Part shown: positions 57,701 through 64,000 of the stretch, piece after piece
Layout of the letters: each line of letters starts with the position of its first letter
Numbering within the stretch: position 1 is the first letter of the stretch
IMG/VR virus record: IMGVR_UViG_3300022074_000015
Location: 1-64,000 of that record
Length of the DNA: 64,000 bases
Source: a virus
Reading direction: 5' to 3' (one strand)
The notes under the pieces: model-generated
What the model saw: only the letters and a program-made list of their open reading frames with translations
Databases searched by the model: none
Told to the model about the DNA's origin: nothing
Made by a program: the position numbers and the translations under genes

Positions 57701-58221
57701 AGATTATTGATGATGCCCTTCCTATTCAAACCTTTGAACTCGTTAAGAGAAATTTATTCTTTAATCCAAAACTAAATCTTTATGTTCAAGGTGAAGTTTC
57801 GGGTCATGGTATTGATGATAAAAACAGTTTAGATAATTGGTGTTTATATCATTCTTTTTATAATGAAGGAAAACCCAATAATGATGAATTTTATGATTTA
57901 CTGAATATTTTTGGTAAGTTTTTGACATTCAAATTAAATGGTAAAACTTATTCGCATAAAGCAATTTTGAGAATAAAATTAAATCATTTTCCTAGAACAC
58001 AAACTCTATACAAACATCCTTATCATTCGGATACACCATTTGATCATCATTCTGGCATTTATTGTCTTAATACTTGTGATGGTTACACTGAGTTTGAAGA
58101 TGGCACTAAAATTAATAGTATTGGGAATAGATTTTATACATTTAACGGAAGTGTTAAACACAGATCAACCACCACAACAAATGCCAAGGGTAGAGTCAAT
58201 TTGAACTTCAATTGGTTATAA
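57691..58221 (+). CDS. 2OG-Fe(II) oxygenase-like protein
   Basis: RIKLN...YHSD...YCLNTCDGYT...NR...F.G...H...RVNLNFN. Confidence 0.7.
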   Translation: MEVKIIDDALPIQTFELVKRNLFFNPKLNLYVQGEVSGHGIDDKNSLDNWCLYHSFYNEGKPNNDEFYDLLNIFGKFLTFKLNGKTYSHKAILRIKLNHFPRTQTLYKHPYHSDTPFDHHSGIYCLNTCDGYTEFEDGTKINSIGNRFYTFNGSVKHRSTTTTNAKGRVNLNFNWL

Positions 58222-58247
58222 TAAATAAAACACTTGAATTTAGTATC

Positions 58248-58490
58248 ATGCCCATATATCCTGTTAAACACAAAGAAACCGGGGAAGAAAAGGAATTAAA
58301 CTTGACAATTTCTGATTATGAGAAATGGAGGAAAGAAAATCCCGATTGGGATAAGGATTGGTCAAAGGGAGTAGCATCTGCTCAGGAAGTTGGAGATTGG
58401 CAAAATAAACTTGTTTCCAGAAATCCTGGATGGAATGATGTCCTTGGTAAAGCAGCAAAAGCACCTGGTTCTAGAGTAAAGAAAATTTAG
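58248..58490 (+). CDS. Small conserved protein (FmdB-like N-terminus)
   Basis: MPIYPVKHKETGE...GWNDVL; TAAATA at 58222. Confidence 0.7.
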   Translation: MPIYPVKHKETGEEKELNLTISDYEKWRKENPDWDKDWSKGVASAQEVGDWQNKLVSRNPGWNDVLGKAAKAPGSRVKKI

Positions 58491-58491
58491 T

Positions 58492-59250
58492 ATGGCAAGA
58501 AGAAAAAGAGCATCTGCAGAGCAACCTATTGGGGTTGGACTCACTACAAAACAGATGAAAAGAAAAAAACCACTCAGCCAGGAATACTTGGTTGGTATTG
58601 ATCCACTATCTGATAATCAGAAGCAACTGTTTGATTCTTATCAAGAAGGAAAACATATCGTTGCCTATGGATGCGCAGGAACAGGTAAAACCTTTATAAC
58701 CCTCTACAACGCGCTTCGTGACGTTTTAAGTGAAAATACTCCTTACGAAAGAATCTATCTTGTACGCTCTCTTGTAGCAACCAGAGAGATAGGATTTTTG
58801 CCAGGTTCCCATGAAGACAAGGCAGACATTTACCAAATTCCATATAAGAATATGGTGAAGTATATGTTCCAGATGCCTAGTGATGCAGACTTTGAGATGC
58901 TATATGGAAACCTGAAGTCTCAAGAGTCCATTAAATTCTGGTCTACTTCATTCTTACGTGGAACTACTCTTGATAACGCTATTGTTATTGTGGATGAGTT
59001 CCAGAATCTGAACTTCCATGAACTTGATAGTATCATCACTCGTGTTGGTGAGAATACTAAGATCTGCTTCTGTGGTGATGCACGTCAATCTGATCTACAA
59101 AAAGATAAGGAAAAGAATGGTATTGTTGATTTTCTAAGTATATTGCGTAAAATGGAATCTTTTGATATAATTGAGTTTGGTGTTGATGACATTGTTCGTT
59201 CAGGACTTGTTAAAGAATACATCATCGCAAAAATGGAATCGGGTTTTTAA
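58492..59250 (+). CDS. phoH: PhoH-family ATPase
   Basis: GCAGTGKT P-loop, IGFLPG, LRGTTL, IVDEFQN, ITRVG, GD..QSD. Confidence 0.95.
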   Translation: MARRKRASAEQPIGVGLTTKQMKRKKPLSQEYLVGIDPLSDNQKQLFDSYQEGKHIVAYGCAGTGKTFITLYNALRDVLSENTPYERIYLVRSLVATREIGFLPGSHEDKADIYQIPYKNMVKYMFQMPSDADFEMLYGNLKSQESIKFWSTSFLRGTTLDNAIVIVDEFQNLNFHELDSIITRVGENTKICFCGDARQSDLQKDKEKNGIVDFLSILRKMESFDIIEFGVDDIVRSGLVKEYIIAKMESGF

Positions 59251-59927
59251 TGTTTAATCATGTTGATGTTAATCTTCCCAGTCTGGAACGTGAAACTATT
59301 GATGGTGTAAGATACTATAAAGTTCCAGATGATGAAGAACTCCTAAGACTGGTCTCCATTACATCGGTGACCAGTCATTTTAATAAGGAGATATTTGTTA
59401 ATTGGAGAAAAAAAGTTGGTAATGAAGAAGCAGATCGTATCACTAAACGCGCTACTAGCCGTGGAACTGATATGCATACTCTTGTAGAATATCATCTTAA
59501 AAATGAAGGTCTTCCAAAGGTTCAACCAATATCTGACTTTCTATTCAAGATTTCCAAAGAAAAGCTAAAACTTATAAATAATATTTACGCCCTTGAAGGG
59601 TCTCTGTATAGTAAACAACTGGGTGTAGCAGGGACTGTAGATTGTATTGCTGAATATGACGGCGAGTTAGCTATAATCGACTTTAAAACATCAGCAAAAC
59701 CAAAACCACGAGAGTGGATCGACCACTATTTTGTCCAATGTATGGCATATGGTTGTATGCTATATGAATTGACTGGTATTTCAGTCAAAAAACTTGTAAT
59801 CATTATGGCTTGTGAAAATGGAGAATGTGTCGTCTATGAAGAGCGTGACAAATCAAAGTACATCAAACTACTCACCGAGTACATTAGAAAGTTTGTTAGA
59901 GATAAATTGGAACTCTATGGAACCTAA
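59250..59927 (+). CDS. PD-(D/E)XK exonuclease
   Basis: SITSV, RGTDMH, AGTVDCI, IIDFKTS, Q..AY; usual position after phoH. Confidence 0.88.
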   Translation: MFNHVDVNLPSLERETIDGVRYYKVPDDEELLRLVSITSVTSHFNKEIFVNWRKKVGNEEADRITKRATSRGTDMHTLVEYHLKNEGLPKVQPISDFLFKISKEKLKLINNIYALEGSLYSKQLGVAGTVDCIAEYDGELAIIDFKTSAKPKPREWIDHYFVQCMAYGCMLYELTGISVKKLVIIMACENGECVVYEERDKSKYIKLLTEYIRKFVRDKLELYGT

Positions 59928-60177
59928 TAAAGAACTAGAAAAGGCAATTGAGAGTAAATTTTTGACTCCATCAAAATTTGCTATAGAAATTGAGAAGATT
60001 GTTTCTAACGAGAGACTTAATTACATTGATGCTATCGTTCACTATTGCGAAATCAATGAACTTGAGGTAGACTCTATTACTAAGTTGGTCTCCAAACCTC
60101 TTAAAGAAAAACTGAAGTGGGATGCTACCCGTCTCAACTTCATGAAGCGTACCTCAAGAGCAAAACTTCCTCTATGA
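59917..60177 (+). CDS. gp33: Late-promoter transcription co-activator gp33
   Basis: FAIEIEKIV...YIDAIVHYCE...LKEKLK..A..LNF. Confidence 0.88.
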   Translation: MEPNKELEKAIESKFLTPSKFAIEIEKIVSNERLNYIDAIVHYCEINELEVDSITKLVSKPLKEKLKWDATRLNFMKRTSRAKLPL

Positions 60178-60770
60178 TCGTGACACCCTTTGAAACTTAT
60201 CAACATTATTTGTCACTAAAAAATCATTTCACTAATCCCAAATACGACTTCTTTAAATACGGAGCAAAGACCCGTGCTAGTTTGACCTCTTTTAACAAGA
60301 GGAAAGACAAGTATTGGTTTGAAAAGACTTCTCGTAAGTATTCCGATGAAGAGGTCGTTGATTTTTTGGTGTCTAATTTTTCTGCTGCCGAAAATCCACA
60401 AAGTTTATGGATAGGAGAAATCATCAACTCTGGTGAAAGAACTTACGCGGAGTGGATGAAACGTAGGCAGAGTTCAACATATCTTTTTAAAGAACAAAGT
60501 AATGATCTACTTTCAGAGAATGAATTACAAGATTTACTTGAGTGTTCTAGGGGGCATCCTAAAATTTTGAAAGCATATCTAGGTGGTAAAATTTCACTAG
60601 AAAACTTTGTGATTTGGGATAAGATCTTCAATTTTTCCAAAGACTTTGATAAAAAGTTGAGTGATCCCGTATGGGAAACCGTAAGTCTGAAATTAAAAAA
60701 ATATGGACCCTTCATAAATATTGATGTGTTCAAATACAAAAAAATTCTAAGGGAATTAGTGCATGAGTGA
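60174..60770 (+). CDS. gp59: Helicase loader gp59
   Basis: YLSLKNHF...YDFFKY...F.KRKDKYWFEK; synteny with gp33 and gp32. Confidence 0.88.
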   Translation: MIVTPFETYQHYLSLKNHFTNPKYDFFKYGAKTRASLTSFNKRKDKYWFEKTSRKYSDEEVVDFLVSNFSAAENPQSLWIGEIINSGERTYAEWMKRRQSSTYLFKEQSNDLLSENELQDLLECSRGHPKILKAYLGGKISLENFVIWDKIFNFSKDFDKKLSDPVWETVSLKLKKYGPFINIDVFKYKKILRELVHE

Positions 60771-61095
60771 CTTTTTTGATTCTGATATCATTCAGGAAGA
60801 ACTGAATGAGATTAATAAACTCCAAGAGAAAATCTACGGTTCTCTCTTTGGATTTGGCATGATGGACAAGGAAGAGAAACTTGAGCACATTGAAATTCTT
60901 CAGGACTTGCTAGAAAAGCAGAAAGTGATGTATACTAGACTATCTCTTTCAGATGATCCTAAAGCGATTGAGATGAAAGAGAATTTGAGAAAATCAGTAG
61001 CAATGATGGGATTCCCACCTGAGACTGATATGACTATGCTTTTTAGAAGTATGAACGCAACTATTGAGGCACTCAAAAAATACGTTGACGCCTGA
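60763..61095 (+). CDS. DUF1825-like protein
   Basis: FFDSDIIQEE...YTRLSLSDDP.A motif. Confidence 0.75.
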   Translation: MSDFFDSDIIQEELNEINKLQEKIYGSLFGFGMMDKEEKLEHIEILQDLLEKQKVMYTRLSLSDDPKAIEMKENLRKSVAMMGFPPETDMTMLFRSMNATIEALKKYVDA

Positions 61096-61113
61096 TAGTT
61101 TTCTTGCTATACT
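61085..61113 (+). promoter_or_regulatory. Sigma70-type promoter of gp32
   Basis: TTGACG-N17-TATACT. Confidence 0.75.
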
Positions 61114-61154
61114 ATCTAAGTAAATCCAAACATCCAATTTATCCGAGGTATCTA

Positions 61155-62084
61155 ATGTCTTTCGCAGACCTTAAAAAGCAATCCAAACTTGGTTCCCTGA
61201 CCCAAAAACTGGTCAAGGAAGTCGAAAAAATGAATAACAATGGCGGTGGTTCTTCTGATGACCGTCTCTGGAAACTAGAGTGTGATAAGAGCGGCAATGG
61301 TTATGCCGTTATCCGTTTCCTGCCCGCACCCGATGGTGAAGATCTGCCTTTCGTGAAACTGTACTCTCACGCCTTCCAAGGTCCTGGTGGTTGGTACATT
61401 GAAAACTCTCTGACCACTTTGGGTCAGAAAGATCCTGTATCTGAGTGTAACTCTCTGCTGTGGAACAATGGCACTGATGCAGGTAAAGATGCTGCTCGTA
61501 AGCAGAAGCGTAAACTGACTTATATCAGCAACATCTATGTTGTGAAAGACCCTGCTAACCCTCAGAATGAAGGCAGAGTCATGCTGTATAAGTATGGCAA
61601 GAAAATCTTCGACAAACTCACCGCTGCTATGCAACCTGAGTTTGAGGATGAAGAGGCAATTGATCCGTTCGACTTCTGGCAAGGTGCCAACTTTAAACTG
61701 AAAGCAAAGAACGTTGCAGGTTATCGTAACTACGATTCTTCTGAGTTCGCCGCTCAAGGCGCACTCTTGGACGACGATGACGCAATGGAAGCAATTTGGA
61801 AGAAGCAATTCTCTCTTCAAGAGTTTGTTGCTGCCGATCAGTTCAAAGATTATGATACTCTGAAGAAGCGTCTTGATTATGTTCTTGGTAACAAGGGCAC
61901 TCCTCGCTTCCAAGATGAAGAGTCAGTGAATGAAGAAGAAGAGTTCCGACGTGAAAACCGTGGTGCTACTCCTACGGTAACTTCCACTCCTGGTGACTTC
62001 AACGCAGAGGATATCGTGACCTCCAGTTCTTCATCTGATGATGATGACGCACTTTCATACTTCGCCAAACTTGCTGAAGATTGA
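61155..62084 (+). CDS. gp32: Single-stranded DNA-binding protein gp32
   Basis: GNGYAVIRFLP, WYIENS, YGKKIFDK, NYDSSEF, acidic C-terminus; GAGGT RBS before ATG 61155. Confidence 0.96.
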   Translation: MSFADLKKQSKLGSLTQKLVKEVEKMNNNGGGSSDDRLWKLECDKSGNGYAVIRFLPAPDGEDLPFVKLYSHAFQGPGGWYIENSLTTLGQKDPVSECNSLLWNNGTDAGKDAARKQKRKLTYISNIYVVKDPANPQNEGRVMLYKYGKKIFDKLTAAMQPEFEDEEAIDPFDFWQGANFKLKAKNVAGYRNYDSSEFAAQGALLDDDDAMEAIWKKQFSLQEFVAADQFKDYDTLKKRLDYVLGNKGTPRFQDEESVNEEEEFRRENRGATPTVTSTPGDFNAEDIVTSSSSSDDDDALSYFAKLAED

Positions 62085-62147
62085 TAGTGAAATATAATCA
62101 AATATGCCTTACACTTTTAGTGATTGCGGCATACTTTAATTTGTTAT

Positions 62148-62858
62148 TTAAGTGATGAGTCTTGTGTTCTCTGTAGTCATTAGTTTCTTATTGATTGTCA
62201 GAGAACTCTCATCATAGTTCATCAAGGTTCTCATATCATTTAAAAACTGCTGAAGGTAAGAAGGTTTCATCAGATCGATGTTCCTTTTACCTTCATTTTT
62301 TATGGTTTCATACTCAAAGTTTGATATACCTACAACAGGACTAATATTATTGCTGACTGAGGTGTATTTTATATTATCTGTTTGTGGTCTTACACCAACG
62401 TAGTATGTTGAATTTAAAGTAGCATCATACGGTGGCGGAATGCTAAAGTCTGCTTGAACCTTTTGTCCAGCAGGCACAATAAGTCTTCCTCTACGGTCTC
62501 TTACTTCAAACGTTTCATAATGATGAACAGAATTTAATTCAGTTCCGTACTTATCTTCAGAGTAGCGATATAAATCATAATTACTCAGTGGCCATTCATC
62601 TTTGATATTTGTTATTCCTGATGATAGAACAACTATCCAATCACGATCGGGTGATCCATAAAGTTTATCTGCTATCACATCTGGTCTCTCACCATCTTGA
62701 ATTGTGTACTTTGAGAAAAAGGCAACACTGTCCAATACATCATCTTTCAATTTTACTCTACGAAAGAGATTCTTGATTCTTATATACTCCTGTGATGAAG
62801 TCTTATGTAATAAGTTTGACTGATATAGAATATCAGGTAGTTCTCTAAAATATGACAT
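62148..62858 (-). CDS. gp53: Baseplate wedge protein gp53
   Basis: MSYF..LP, GERPDVIA..LYG...WIV, EWPL, VHHYET, NFEYE..NE.KR.I. Confidence 0.88.
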   Translation of the reverse strand: MSYFRELPDILYQSNLLHKTSSQEYIRIKNLFRRVKLKDDVLDSVAFFSKYTIQDGERPDVIADKLYGSPDRDWIVVLSSGITNIKDEWPLSNYDLYRYSEDKYGTELNSVHHYETFEVRDRRGRLIVPAGQKVQADFSIPPPYDATLNSTYYVGVRPQTDNIKYTSVSNNISPVVGISNFEYETIKNEGKRNIDLMKPSYLQQFLNDMRTLMNYDESSLTINKKLMTTENTRLIT

Positions 62859-63919
62859 CAGAAACCTACTCCATCTGGATGGTCTGCGTAATCTTCCATA
62901 TAAATTGGATTGATTTCTTTTAGTATTAAAGACATTCTTATGTGAACAGGAGTTCCATCCTGATAGGTAGCATAAGTTCCGGATGCGGTGTAGTCGATGC
63001 TTACATTTTCAAGAACACCAAGTTTGAAATTATGAAGAAATGGATGTTTGTTTTCCCCACCAGAAACGTATTCAAATTGGAATACATCTGGTGAATTGAT
63101 GAAGACACCATTACCTTTTTTGGCAACAGTTGCCATTTTAATAGTTCTGATTATTCTCCTAACCATGTCTCCTTCTTTAGGATCTCTAGGAGTAAAATCA
63201 AAAACAAATGGAAAAGATCTTAATGTTACGCTGTTGAAGAGCAACTCCAGATTAGATTGAAGAATTTGACCAGAGGAACGAGTAATAAGTGATTGTGGAT
63301 TTACGTTAGCACCAAGTTGATTGATAGCGGTAGCACTTAAAATTGACTTAATAGCATTCATTGTGCCAGAACCAACTCGATCTGCTGATCTAAAGATAGA
63401 ACTTGCTATTTCTGTAGTATTCTTCAATGCTTTCGCTGGATCTTTAATAGCAGCATCTGCTAATGCTAATCCTGCCGCTTGTAATGGATTTAAAGTGTCT
63501 TCCGAATATCCTACAGTTAATGAATCTGAGATCTGTTGTGGTATTGGAAGCCAAATATATTTGGAATCTTTTTTCAGTGAATTAGCTTCTGGATCTGATA
63601 GTTTTTTATGAAATCGTTCATCTTTCTCCAGCACAGGATCTATACTTGTAACCCCGATTTTATTTCCTTTTGAATCTGTTTGAAATTTTACTATACCTTT
63701 ATCGCCGGTCAAATTTAATGGATTTTCTATTTGCTTGAAAATTCTTATAAGCAGCATATCTTGATGGTCAACCTCAACATCTAAGGGATATTGAAGGACA
63801 TCAGCAGGTTTTACCTGTGTTGGATCTGGCGATACATTCAAACCATCCTTGAGGACTGATACATAATCTCTACCCAGGTCTAAAGTGTCACCAAGATCTG
63901 TATTATAATTGATAGCCAT
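62858..63919 (-). CDS. gp48: Baseplate tail-tube cap gp48
   Basis: LQYP, IWLPIP, LELLF..LRSF.F.F.FTPR..EG, DGTP....L..KE; synteny with gp53. Confidence 0.85.
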   Translation of the reverse strand: MAINYNTDLGDTLDLGRDYVSVLKDGLNVSPDPTQVKPADVLQYPLDVEVDHQDMLLIRIFKQIENPLNLTGDKGIVKFQTDSKGNKIGVTSIDPVLEKDERFHKKLSDPEANSLKKDSKYIWLPIPQQISDSLTVGYSEDTLNPLQAAGLALADAAIKDPAKALKNTTEIASSIFRSADRVGSGTMNAIKSILSATAINQLGANVNPQSLITRSSGQILQSNLELLFNSVTLRSFPFVFDFTPRDPKEGDMVRRIIRTIKMATVAKKGNGVFINSPDVFQFEYVSGGENKHPFLHNFKLGVLENVSIDYTASGTYATYQDGTPVHIRMSLILKEINPIYMEDYADHPDGVGF

Positions 63920-64000
63920 CTATAGATAGATTTTTAATTATTTAGACGCTTATTCATAAGTGATAACCTAAGTATATCTCTTACCTCAGATTTGTATATT

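Noticed and set aside
59250-59927. Cas4 / CRISPR system
   Set aside because: Ordinary T4-like PD-(D/E)XK exonuclease in its usual phoH-gp33 context; no cas genes or array.
61275-61913. 212-aa antisense ORF inside gp32, and the many short antisense or alternative-frame ORFs in fibre genes
   Set aside because: Shadow frames produced by codon bias of the real genes; no recognisable motifs.
1-64000. tRNA, rRNA, introns or inteins
   Set aside because: No cloverleaf or T-loop signature noticed in the intergenic gaps; thyX, phoH and gp32 are uninterrupted and of normal length.

Overview
64 kb of a T4-like marine cyanomyovirus (probably a Synechococcus/Prochlorococcus phage). 1-2.9 kb holds photosynthesis/carbon auxiliary genes (petE, petF, talC), small hypotheticals and an HNH endonuclease. 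2.9-53.2 kb is a ~50 kb late region of about 35 tail-fibre/adhesin/adaptor genes in small modules, most preceded by a TAAATA late-promoter motif. It includes a subtilisin-like protease, three S74-chaperone fibres, glycine-rich adhesin paralogues and an inserted, separately promoted 2OG-Fe(II) oxygenase trio. 53.2-64 kb is core cyanophage content: glutaredoxin, thyX, phoH, exonuclease, gp33, gp59, gp32 and, on the minus strand, gp53 and gp48. The most unusual element is at 55.37-56.37 kb: a perfect NtcA box and sigma70 promoter precede a tandem glutamine-riboswitch-like RNA. Each aptamer's P2 stem closes over a small ORF, the two aptamers can pair with each other, and YRG/DUF4278-like peptide genes follow. 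Other notable patterns are a recurring C-terminal/N-terminal docking grammar between adjacent fibre genes and intact blue-copper ligand sets in three virion proteins. All calls are from reading the sequence; no database searches were run.
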